From positions 66,450 to 130,449 of the forward strand of contig NMRA01000828.1 in assembly GCA_002633005.1 (NCBI GenBank): a DNA stretch of 64,000 nt, written 5' to 3'. The position numbers and the translations under genes are program-made. Positions 49,688-62,177 of the stretch are shown here, piece after piece. The first letter of the stretch is position 1. Each line of letters starts with the position of its first letter. Source of the DNA: Phoronis australis. Lineage: Eukaryota; Animalia; Phoronida. The notes under the pieces are model-generated. The model worked only from the letters and a program-made list of their open reading frames with translations. It had not been told where the DNA came from and did not search any database.

Positions 49688-51431
49688 GTAGGTGAAGAAG
49701 TGGTAACATTTTTGTCTCCTGTTTTTGCTTCTTCTAGGAACTGACTTACTTCTAACAGCTGTTCTGGTTTGGTAAATATTCATCAAATGTTTGCATTTAT
49801 TAAGAGATATAAATCATCATGTGAGCATTTTCCCCCAAAACATTAGCCATTTGTTTGGATCTTATTTTTTTCTGTTCTATTACAAAATGAAGTGATTCGT
49901 GAATAAGTACTTATAGTCTTGTAAATCATCATGATTCCCCAGAGTATACTGGTTAGATGACCAGACTTGCTCTGGAGAATCACTTCATAATTCTGGGGAG
50001 AAGGCTGTGAGATCATAGATTATAGACAACAGATTCGCAACTCTGACATTTTCTTCCGTACTATCCTAGAGGTGGCGCCACTCTCCTAAATATTCTGGTT
50101 CATTTTCCAGTTAGTGTATTGTGACAGGAAATTCTCACGTCTATTTTACTGTCCAGTACAACGAAAACAAAATAATAGTTTTGGCATTGAAATGCTGTTA
50201 CAAAATCTTAAAATAATAAAACTGTTGGTATCGTGAGTACTTTTAGCAATGCTACTATCACCCTACCACACAACAGCCGACCAAGATTAGCAGACGACAT
50301 ACTTGCCGGAAATAATACCAGATAATTTGGCCAGGTGTAGCTAGTGAATAAAGACATAACGTTGTGCTGAAGAGCACAGATTTCATCCATTGAAAGTATA
50401 CGGAGTTGGCGGTCCATATACTATTAATAGTGTATAGTGAGATGACCAGACAGGGCTCTTTATACATGTATCAAGTTGCGAGCTCAGAAGTTGACAAGAT
50501 TCACAAGCCATACTCATTAACATACTCATTAACATACTGAATGATGAAAAAATGAAACTGGGGAAGTTTTCAACTTTTTGGCTATTACAGTTGACATCTG
50601 TTACAAACAATACACTTTTGATTTCTTTCCATTAGTAAAATGTCTGCACGCAAATATCATTATTATCAATCTTGTTTTATCCATTCCACACACTGTTACA
50701 TTTTCTGTCAACTTTTCAAAATGTATCCATTAAGGAACACTTGCAGAAATATAGATTTAATCCTTTTTGAACATTCCTGTTGACCTGTTCAGGGTTCAAA
50801 AGCATGCTGAATGAGCCAGCCACACGAAGTCTTTGGCCATGTCCAAATGTTCCATTGTCGAACCCACCATGCCAGGATTTCCTAGTCAACTCCAATAAAC
50901 TCTGAAGAGTTTTCTTGAATCAGTGACGTTTTGATCATTACAGCGTCCTGTCGTTCAGTAACTTTTCCAGACGTGAGGGGTGCTGAACATGCGATAATAT
51001 CTGGCTTAACTTAACTTTCATTTTATCAGCCCACCCCAGTCAGGCTAGATACGATCTGATCGGAGATTAGAGCAATTATCAAACAAAAGAGCACAGCCCC
51101 TCCAATCATCAACGCCAGAATGGAGTTAATTGGCTACGGGGGTTAAACTTCCCAACTTGTTGTTGGGCTATACAATCGAACAAGTTGGGAGCAACGGGAT
51201 GTCGCCGTCATGGTTCTTCTTGTTAATAAATAAAATCGTATTATGGTAAGGAGTATTACGAGTCTGATTTCATGAAAATTTGAGAAGGCATTGGTTTCCA
51301 TTTTTTATCTAGTTAAGCAGGGTGAAATACAGTTTAAGTGGTCAACTTCAAAATAACCATGTGGACGAACTGCCTTCTTAATGCTAAAAATCTCTTTTTA
51401 CTATAATTACAAGCTGTGTTTTATATTACAG

Positions 51432-51543
51432 GACACAATCTGGTCATTCCTTTCACATGGGATATGTCATCTGTATATTGAATGGGATTCTCATGTACAC
51501 AACCAGCACCTACTGGCTAAACACTTCATTTTCTCAAGTCTAG
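51432..51543 (+). CDS. ARL6IP6: ARL6IP6, last coding exon
   Basis: KTQSGHSFHMGYVICILNGILMYTTSTYWL...stop matches the family motif GHSFHMGYSMAILNG; the phase-2 join is consistent. Confidence 0.92.
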
Positions 51544-51600
51544 TCTACAACTTGAAGAAACAAATTTGCTGGAATTTTAAAGTGATGATGGCTGGAAACT

Positions 51601-52150
51601 GGAGCAGCTCACTAGTCCGAAAGTGCACTAGTCTGAACGTGCACTAGTTCGAAGGTGTACTAGTCTGAACGTGCACTAGTCCAAACGTGCACTAGTCCGA
51701 ACGTACACTAGTCCGAACGTGCACTAGTCCGAACGTGAACTATTCTGAACGTGCACTACTGCGAAGGTTTACTAGTCAGAAGGTGCACCAGCCCGAAGGT
51801 CTACAAATAAGGCAGAACTGAGCCATAAAGCATTAAAATGCATTTTTGTCAACATTCTACAAAACTCAATGATACATTGCAGTAAGTGTAGAGCTGCACT
51901 TGGATCGCATCGGTTTTCGGAATATTCGGCTGTAACCAATCAAGCCATGCTTTGAAATCCAGTTTCTCAAGTGCAGGAAACCTAAACAAAATGTTAGTAC
52001 TCGGTGGCGGTTGTTTTCAGTAGGTAGACCTGCACCACTGCGACTAACAACTCAGTTGTATTGCGTATTATTGCATGCAGAAAAAATATCAAAAAACACA
52101 CGAATCCGAAACTTTGGACTAGTGCACTTCTGGACTACTACCATGTAACC
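51601..52150. mobile_element. Non-autonomous element with ACTAGTCCGAACGTGC (about 17 bp) subterminal tandem repeats
   Basis: About 11 units at 51610-51800, with inverted units (GGACTAGTG) near 52115-52140. Confidence 0.7.
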
Positions 52151-53551
52151 ACTGAAAAATTATGCAGTGCCTGACTGATATGTTAAAAGAGATCTGATCA
52201 AAGGAGACCAAAAAGTATTAATGCACACAGTTAGAAAGGGACTTAAGGCACATGATAATGTTTCTGATTTAATGTAGTTGGTTTGACTTTGACTTTGACT
52301 GGTGCCAATATTGGTTAAGAATTCTCAAAATGCCTAATTTTATGATATAGTGTCTGTTTATTATAAAACACTTTGTACTCCGAAAGTAGACACCTACTAT
52401 TTCGATGCAGCTTTCTTCCACCTGGCTGAATCTAGGAGTGGTGAAATATTATTTATAAAGGACAGTTTGTGATGTTAACACATTGGCATTGAACTATGAT
52501 GCGAAGAAATATCTTGTATGCTTAGATGTGTACAAAATTGAATTCATGGCAAGATGTTGATTTTAAAGTTAACTAGAAATAAAGATAAAAGATTCATCCA
52601 CACAAGTATTCAATATTGCGAAAAACTTTAAAATGTTAGAAATAAGGTCCTACATGTTCTAGGTACCAGTGTTTTCTTGATCATTCAGTGTTGGCTTGAT
52701 TCAGATGTGTTGGTCATTCTTTAATGACTAAAAGGAAATACATGGTTTTACAAATGGGCATGAGGTCATGTCTTTTTGTGATTGAAATGCAGTAGAAATT
52801 GAACATCGCTTTGTGTTAGAATGCCTTTCATTTAACATTTGAATTTAAAAGTCTAATGCTGACTAACAACGTCGAAAATTTTGACACATTTAGTCAGGTT
52901 GATTGTGAATGCATGACCCAGAGGAAAATCGTTGTGAAACATGGATGGATTTGTTAAATTCCACTGACAGTGTTTTTTAAATGTTTATGTAAATAAATAA
53001 ATTTAAACTATTGATGGTATACTTCTAGGCCCCAAAACTGCAATGTGTTCCAAACCCCATTAGTACGACATAGCTGAACTTGAACTTATGATGTTTGTTT
53101 CTGTGTAGACTAATAGATAAGTTACTAGTGTTATGACTTCATACTTCAGCTCTACTATATAATCTTTTCCCCCCTCATTCATTTTTCCTGGTCTGTCATG
53201 AGCTGAGGACATTTTTGTCTTGAGTCATATCTCATCTGTGTTGTAGATATTACCTAAACTGACATCTGTGCAACACTTTTCTTTTTCGGAAATGCCGCAT
53301 TTAATGTTTGTCGAACTGAAACCTTCATTTCTTGTGTTTGCCATTTGTAATACATTTTTGAATGAGATTTCAAGGTAGCCGGGCTGGACTTCCAAAATGT
53401 AAATTTTTGTATGCTTCATTAATTAGTCATGTAATGTGTAATACTACATGTAAGTAATTGCTTTTGCCATTTTTACCAGATTTATATCATATGGTTTTTA
53501 AACTCAACATCTTCAAAACTAACCAGCCATTAATTTTTCTCCATTAGATAA

Positions 53552-54468
53552 AAGCTGGATATGTGGTTCTGTAACAATTGCTTCAAATTTTGCCAATGTT
53601 AAATTCAATGTGTCAAACTTGGTGTGCATACATAGATCTGTTGTTGTTATTATGTTGTGTATTACTTTTGTAATTTTGATATCTGTGTACTTTTAAGGTT
53701 TTTATTAAAATATATGCATCATACTCTCCCTGTTTCAGTTACTCTGCTTCCCTGTTCAAAAAGTAGGTGCTCATCTGCTATAGTTGTACTGTTAGGGGGC
53801 TGTAGTCCGAGAGATCATAACACGAAAATTATTTACGGGCCGTTCTCTCATGATAGTTTAGGACCACCGCTGACTGCGTCCTATGGAAAACGGGGATTCT
53901 GAGAAGCCACATTGACAATAAATATGGTAAGATAGGTGTCGAAACTCCTATAAACCGAGTTTGGTGTATCACTCCTCACACGGACTTGGTGTGACTGAAG
54001 CTCTGGACTTGGTGTGCCGGGCTGAGACTCTGGTCCGTCGCGGGCTTCACGATCAGACGCGCTCGTCCATTCAAATTTCCTTGCTGTCTTAATATTCTGA
54101 TAATGGTTTGTCTACAGAAGTCAATATCATCAAACAAACAAACAGCAGTTATTTCTCTCTTTATTTCTGTTGAAGTTAACGGCTACTTTTAGTTTGCCGT
54201 TAGAAGAACGAAAAAGTTCAATTTCCAATGACCGATTTTGTTTTTATAGTCTTCAGTCTTACACGTACGTTCGTTCGTGGCTCATAAACGAAGACGTAGA
54301 ACGCGGCAGACCGTGGGGTCGTCAGGGTCAGTCGAGAAAAGAAAGATGCAGCATAAAATGTAGAAGGGAGAATAACGTGGCATTTCCCGGCCTGGCATAC
54401 CAGTGCTAGTTTTAAAGCGTCCTAATTCGAGGATCCGGGCCTCACAGTGGGACAATTTGCTGCTTCAT
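53552..54468. repeat. Diverged direct repeat, copy 1 (about 0.9 kb)
   Basis: Collinear with 56279-57140, with shared blocks such as AAATTCAATGTGTCAAACTTGGTGTGCATACATAGATCTGT, GTAAGATAGGTGTCGAAACTCCTA and TTCGAGGATCCG. Confidence 0.85.
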
Positions 54469-55837
54469 ATAGTGCGCTCACCCAGCCTAATTAAAAAATA
54501 AGGGGGCTCGAAGTTTTGAGAACTAAATGATGGTGGATCTTAACTAAGATTCATGGGGTATGTTCAGAGCCATGAATTGCGCGTTCGCAGAATTTTGACA
54601 GTTACTGTTTTTTTAGTGTCTCCTCCATTTCTGTTTTCGGAGTTTTTGTTTCTCTCTCGTTCGAGCTCCCAGAGCAACCTGGGTGGCGCATGGGTAACGA
54701 TCTCTCCGTTTGCTGCTGTTCATGGCAGTTGGTCGACTCACGAAGTTTTGTTGCGATTTGTGGCCGCGGTCTATAGACCTCACCTGTGTGCCCTAACCCA
54801 GTAAACATGACAGTATTGGCCCAGTACTGGATTTCTGTTGCTTGATAACGCTTGTACCGTATACCGGTTTACGTTTGTGGGCCACGAATGGCCCAGTACC
54901 GTCTCCACGACACAAACCCAGTGAACTTTCCTTATAGCGGCTCGCCGGTATTGGACCGGTAAACACAGACTTGAACACAAGNGTGACAATGCTGCGGGGG
55001 TTCACAGTGTCTCCTGCACCCTCTTGATTGGCTTCCGACACCCTATCCGTGGCGTCAGAGTGTGAGCCCTGAGAACCAGAGGTTAGCTCAAACAGTGGGG
55101 GGTTCCCAGGAAATCCCGTGTCCCGTGTGCGCGATTCAGAATTTGCACTACTGTACCAGAGTCGCAAAATCACATGATGCTGAATATTGTCCATTCCCAA
55201 GGAAGCGGCAAAATGAAATTGTAGGACGTATGGTTTACATTGGGCCACCGTGAACTGAGACAGCATCCCGCCGACCCGGGCGCCGGCAGGATATCGTTGC
55301 GGCCATCCGGCAGCGGGAAATCGTATAACTTTTTATGCTTTGTAATGTATATTATCGCACCCAACGCATGTCATCTCCCCGGCGACAATAGGCCCACGTC
55401 ATGAGTGCGACAATACCGTGCACTTTCCATAGCAGGTCCCAGGGGCAGACCCAGGATTTTGAGTTGGGGGGGTAGGGCAGACATTCCCACCCCCGAGCTG
55501 TCAAATGGAATCTGGGAGAATTTTAGGGGGCCATGGCCCCCTTGCCTCCTCCCCCCTGTATCAACCACTGCTTACGTAAGTTTATGAAACTGGACCAATT
55601 AATGGGCTTTTTTGCACACTTGCCGGAGTCTGAGAAATGAGTTGTTGTGTCTCGTGACCATCACGAGGAGGTGCTTATTAGATAACCTCGCATAGTTAGC
55701 AAGAGGCGTCAGTGAGTGTTTGAAAAGTATGCCGGAGGAAAACGCCAGAGTAAAAGACAAGACGACATTTAGAACTGCCGGGCTCGGAGGTAAGCGACTA
55801 TGTACTCAGCTAAGATGTGTGTTCAAATTTCGAAGTA

Positions 55838-56031
55838 GTGTGACTGAGTGGAGTGTGACTGAGTGGAGTGTGACTGGTGTGGAGTGTGACTGATGTGGAG
55901 TGTGACTGAGTGNGGAGTGTGACTGAGTGGAGTGTGACTGAGTGGAGTGTGACTGATGTGGAGTGTGACTGAGTGGAGTGTGACTGAGTGGAGTGTGACT
56001 GATGTGGAGTGTGACTGGTGTGGAGTGTGAC
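55838..56031. repeat. 15/16-bp minisatellite GAGTGTGACTGAGTG with an internal assembly N
   Basis: Seen directly; N at 55913; degenerate units again at about 56110-56170. Confidence 0.95.
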
Positions 56032-56278
56032 CAACGCCAGAAATTTGTAACATTCTTGATCCGCTAGGTGACGCTTAGCGCCATGTCCCTAACCAATCAT
56101 AACGACGATGGAGTGTGACTGATGTGGAATGTGACTGAATGGTGTGTGACCGAATGGAGTTTAACTGAGTGGGAAAAATCATCATTAGTGCTTGAAAGTA
56201 TAAGCTTGTTTTGAAAGCTTCTAAAACTTCAGCTGTTTGCAGTATAATTTTTTTAATTTTTCTTCTGATTTGAGATGC

Positions 56279-57140
56279 AAGCTGGATATGTCGTTTTGTA
56301 ACAATTGCCGCATTTTGTCAATAATAAATTCAATGTGTCAAACTTGGTGTGCATACATAGATCTGTCATGTGTATTGCTTAGGTAATTTTGATATCTCTG
56401 TACTTTTAAGGTTTTTGTTAAAATATAATTTATATGTTATACTCTGTGGCTGTTTCAGGTGCTATGCTTCCTGTGCAAAAAGTAGATGTTTAGTCATCTA
56501 TGATTTGCATTGTTAGGGGACTGTAATTTTTCGTACCGTCGGAACGATATCAGTCACAACATAAAAAATGTTGCCCTCTCTCATCATATCCTAGATCCAC
56601 CACGGTTTCCTGTGAAAAACAGGTATACTGAGAAGCCGCATCGACGATAAATATAGTAAGATAGGTGTCGAAACTCCTAATGCCGAGTTCGGTGTATCAC
56701 TCATTAGGCCTACACGGACACTGGTGTGCCCTAGCTGAAGCTGTGGGCTGTTATTTCACACTTTAAAAGTTGTGTTAATTGAGTTAATCTATTTTCGCCT
56801 TTCGAAAAATGCAAAGGATCAATCTTTCAGAACGATTTAGTTTTTATAGTCTGCAAAAAATAAAAGGGAGAGAAAATCTTGCCGCAAAACTGCAATGATT
56901 ATACGGCCATCTAAACAGGGACGAAGCGGGGGGTCTACCAGGGAGCCGTTCTTAATGTAAGGCTCGTTCGTGGCGACGCGGCAACATCAGCGTCGGTGGG
57001 GTCAGAGTCAGTCGACTGAGAAAAGAAGGATGCAGCCTGAAACATGAAAGGGAGAATAACCGTGCCACACCAATGCTTTAAAAGCGGCCTTATTCGAGGA
57101 TCCGCGCCCTACACAGTGGGACAATGATTTTTGCTGCTTT
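56279..57140. repeat. Diverged direct repeat, copy 2
   Basis: See 53552-54468. Confidence 0.85.
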
Positions 57141-57204
57141 GCCGGGTTACGCGGACATAGGACATTTGAGAAGTCAATAAATATTTTAGTACAAAGTCAG
57201 AGTG

Positions 57205-57950
57205 ATCGAAATCGCTTTCAAAGTCAACAATTTTAAAATATCATCAGCAAAACTTGGTATAAAACATGATTACAATCTTTATCAAAAGCCTAGTACAAGA
57301 AAACAGGTGTTCCATAACTTGATCAAATATGAAAGCCAAGAACCTAGCATACAATATAGAGCCACAGCTGGAATTCGTAAACAGTTTTGTACAAACTTAA
57401 AGGAAAATCGCTTTCAAAATCTACAATTTTTGGAGCACATCTATGAAATTGGTACAGAGCATATTTTTGATGTCTAATGAAAGTCTTGGAGACAAAAACA
57501 CACGTTCCCAAGTTAACTTGACCATTGAGAGAGAGCCAAAAAGCTAGCATCGGATCAGGGCCACTCACTTTTCGGAAATTCGCACAAACAACAGGTGTTG
57601 GAGCACATCTACGAAACTTGGTACAGAACATATTCATAATGTCTCTTGAAGACAAAAACACATGATCTTTAACTTGGTTAACTCATTAGTGTGAGAAGCA
57701 AAAAGCTAGCCAATAATAAAATTCCGGTACCGTAAATTTTACTATGATATTCAAACCAAAATTGCTTTGAATATCAAGTCTTGGTAAATAACATATTCAT
57801 AATATCTAACGAAAGCCTAGGAGACAAAAAACGGAAGCTCTTTAACTTGATTATTTAAAGAGCCAAAAAGCTAGCATAATTGAGGCCGCAAGCGAAGTCC
57901 AATATTCTGACCGTTCACCGAATCGCTTTCAAAATCTACAATTCTGGGAG
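57205..57950. repeat. Degenerate tandem array of roughly 180-200-bp units
   Basis: Recurring AATCGCTTTCAAA, TTGGTA..AACAT, GACAAAAAC and AAAAAGCTAGC motifs. Confidence 0.7.
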
Positions 57951-57952
57951 TC

Positions 57953-60220
57953 CAGTGGCGGATCTACCGGGGGGGTTCAGGGGGCTTANGGGGCGGTGGG
58001 TTTCACTCTGAAAATATAGTTTTTTGCATTATGAATTGCTGAGTCTTTGTGGCTCATCGGCAAAACGCGCGGGGATTTATTGTGCGCGCGCTTCCGTCGA
58101 CACTTTTGAAGTAGCCAAGCATTTAAGATGGATTCACCGCTGAAAGAGCAGTTCTATAGCCGATTTCTTTAGGTAACTAGCTTCTGTACTCAAAGATATA
58201 TTTTGATTTGATTAGGGGAAATACTGCGGTGCCGCAACCCTGATATTCACGCGAATTGACGTGCAACGTTTTTACCTCATCTGTCATGCCGTGTTATTCT
58301 ATTACACTCCACACGTTTGTAACTGATGTATAGTAAAGTTGTCTTGCGCAATATCATACAGTGTACATGTACATGTAATATTGTGCACATGTACATGTAA
58401 TATTTAAAAAAAAAATCTTTTTCCGAAGAATTGATATTGTGGCGGGCGCCGTGGTCTGGTCGCGAGTCCGTTTGAAGACACACTCTATAGCAAGTTATGT
58501 CTATACAAGGAATGACCAAGGGGGCACTCACATTGAGAAAGTGACCGCATTTGCGAAAAGTGTACAGGAGCAGAAATTGCGGGGAGGCTGTTCTTTCACG
58601 ACAAAGTCTTCCGGGACTCGTGCGATGTTCAATAGGCCTCCTAAGGAGCCCTAGTTCCGACCTCAACACCTACTGTACCGTCTGTCTACCTGCAATAAGC
58701 ACACTGCCGTCTTCTATACTGGGAATTTCCGCAGAAAGGCTCACCCGATGAAACGCTCATGCCCATGGGCATTTATTTGATATTAGTACTTCGGGTTTCA
58801 AGCGTTCAGACATCGGGACGTTTATTTCGAAAATTGCAGGAGATGCAAATAGGTCCTGGGATGCTTCGTCAAAGGTTTGAAGTAGTCCATGATGAACGGA
58901 TCAAATTTAGTTGCGCATGTAAGTCTTTTGAATGGACGTGGCATTCTCAAGGGTCTTAGTGTCAACTGAGCTGCGAAACGAGATGCTGACATTGTAGAGG
59001 CTTACAAGCTCATTGACACAGGAGTTGACGAAGTGCAAGCGTTGGGAACAAACATCGAAGATATCTGGGTAGAATGGTTCCAAGACGAGCAAATCATTGG
59101 ATCCGATATACAAACTCCTCGGCAGTCTAGACAACAGAAGGATAGGACTAACGTATGAGTAACCACTGGGGATTAAAATTTTAGAGAGAAGTTTTCAATT
59201 CAAAATGTTTTGCATAGTACACTTTAGGTCTCGCGACGGACCAGGCCAGCTTGATTTGTGTAGATGTTGAGTTTCAGTGTACTTCTGGTCCCTCGGCGAA
59301 CTAGTCTTGTTATTTTTTTACCAAACTGTAATTTGTAAAACTATTTATCTCAGCCAGTACTGTTTGGTCCCGCGACAGATCGACTATTTTTATAGGGATA
59401 ATAAGCACAGGGGTACTCTTGGTCTCGTGACGGACCAGGTCAGCTTTTTGTGTACTCTCAGTGAGGTCCCTCTGCAAACTAGTCCAGTGTATCTTTTCAC
59501 CACTGTGCACAGGATGTTTTGGTCTCGTGAAACTGTTTTCAGATGATTTGTTTCCTGATAGATTTGACGTTTTTCAATTGTTGTCAACGTGATTCAGCTT
59601 AATAAAGTGATACCTAATTATTTATTACCGCTTTTAATAATAGACTATGATTTGAGAGCACCATCGTTCTCCAGTTTTTCTCGTAACGAGACAGAACACA
59701 TGTTTATTTCCGAACTAACAGTACAGGTCTTCGTTCTTAAACAACTTGAGGCTGCTGTTACGCGATCATCTGATATTCAAGTTTTTACGCCCCGTCGGTG
59801 CTCCTTAATTATGCTCTTGAATATTTGGAAATTGTCTAAACCCCTGTATACACACCAAACTTTTTCGTATACGACTTTTCGTATGCTAAAAAGGTGTGTG
59901 TAAGCAGATGTTCCAACAACAATTTTTGCTGGTGGCGATGTGCACAATATGGTTTCACGAAACTTATGTGCCAAGTTCATGTGACGAAATCGAGAACGGT
60001 TTTTAATTATCTTATGAAAAACTCCAGAGACATGTTAAGTGACAGAAACTTACCAGGATGCATGGGAATTTCAGTATTTGGCTACAAAAACAAAAAATAT
60101 CTTACACGGGAGGGGAAACTCCCCTCCCGACCTCCCCCCGCTCGGCGCTACGCGCCTGGGATTCGACCTTGGCGGGAATCCTAAACCCCCCCCCTTACTG
60201 AAAACGTAGATCCGCCACTG
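57953..60220. mobile_element. Paired ends of the CAGTGGCGGATCTAC MITE separated by about 2 kb of unrelated sequence
   Basis: Left end at 57953, right about 140 bp at 60075-60220. Flanks TGGGAGTC and CCGGAGTC. Assembly N at 57989. Confidence 0.5.
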
Positions 60221-62177
60221 CCGGAGTCTATAAAATTGTACGAAACATTTTTCTCAATGTCTATTGAAAATTTAGAGACCATAAATAGATGTTTTCTTAC
60301 TTGCGTTGATTATATGCAAGAGCCAAAGAACTAGCATTTCTAGGTACCCATTCAAAACATCAGAAGCGTACCTGTCTGCCCAAGATGGCCGTCCTAATGT
60401 ACTTTGCCTAGTCACACACTTTGGAACAGCGCAACCTATTAGGTGGAGACCAAGTTGTATTCGGAGACCCTCAAACCAGATCTGAGACTTGAGCTGAAGA
60501 TTGCAACTAACATGAATAAAAACAAGTTTTTTAGACATAAAACCAATTTTGATGAATTATACTTATAATTTACTTGAGGAAAACATAATTATTGATGATG
60601 TTATGGCCAATACGATAATTGTTGTGATGTAATAACATTAGAATGAAAGCAAAAGGCATTTCAAATGAACAAAAAAAATTTCAGATCCCTTTGTAGGCAT
60701 AGCAATACAAAACAATGCCATATCAATCTTGAGGAATCATCATTTGCATTTATGTGGAAATTTATGCAATTATGATAATATTTAACTGTAATTAACTGCG
60801 ACTCTGCCAGGGCTAAGACTGGTATGGAAGCAACCCCCTGAATTCAGTTGAATGACATTTTTCACATAGTGTTCTAACTACAGCAACAGAATCAAATAAA
60901 TACAACACTAATTTTTATATGTTAGCATAATATTTCATCATATATTACGCAATATTCATAGTTTTGTTGCTGAAAGCCACGGAATAAAATAAATTTGAAT
61001 AATAAATAATAATCACTGCATAAAGAAAGGAAGAGTAATAATAAATAAGAGCATGTAGATCAATATTATTTTTTATTCCAACTTTGAAACACATCAGTTC
61101 AAAACACATTACAATCATTGTAATTTTAACACACAATTGGTGAATTGTATGAAAACAATGTTTATAATACATTTTACAATACATGTCAATACATGAAATA
61201 ATACAGAGACCTCAGCCACGAGACCTAGCACTTCTACAGTACTAATGTTTTGGAATAACTGCAATATAAATAACAACAAATTTGATCTTGCCTACATATC
61301 AATAGTTACAAGGGATAATGTATGTGGTTCGAGGGAACATACACGCCCAACCGATACAAAGAAAATGTTACCAAGAAAAGTTTTCCACTTATACTGTATA
61401 TAATCAGTCTACTTCAGACTATTGACCATTCCATATAAAGTCAATGACATCAATACAAATCCCTAGGCATTGAACTCAAACTATATCTCAGGGTAAATGT
61501 TAATCCTCAAAGTTTTCCAAAATCACATTTAAAACAGTTTAACAGGTTCAAGCCAGTCCTTGTTTTTCAAGTTTTGCAATTTAAAAACCACAGTAATAAT
61601 AAAATAGTACCTTTTACAGCAATTGTGATGTTACATAGTCATATACTGCCACACAGAAGTTATATTTCAAAGTGAGTTGTGCCAGACAAACTGTGACCAA
61701 TTTGCACATTGTCAAGTAATTGTGGTGTAAAGCAAGTGCATATTTGAGAAATAAGTTTAAGTACTTTTTTAAGACATTCGTAACAAACAGGATAAGCACA
61801 CAGAAAGACACGATAACCAAGATTATGGAATGATTAAGCAAGTATAAGCAAACCGTTTACCTCTATATAATTCAAGCATGGAAATTGTTAGAAAATGAAA
61901 AATGTTCAAGGCAACACAGCACACATAATCTGATTTCACACAGGCTTTAAAGGATGCTTAGGATATGAGTGGTAAAGGTCAGCACACAGGTTATAAGCAA
62001 TACAAACCTTGTATATCTTACCTGACAGGTCATGCACCCATTCTCTAAATGAAAAAAGTATATATATACATATATAAATATACATATATCAACTAGGATA
62101 TTTATTTATTCCCACATTCATCAAAAGTAGTGTTCAGCACTGATGGGTTTACTCCAGTTATTTTTTTAAATTCACAT

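Noticed and set aside
55810-56053. His/Ser/Thr-rich ORFs (SHTP/QSHST repeats)
   Set aside because: Translations of a minisatellite containing an N; no splice or homology support.
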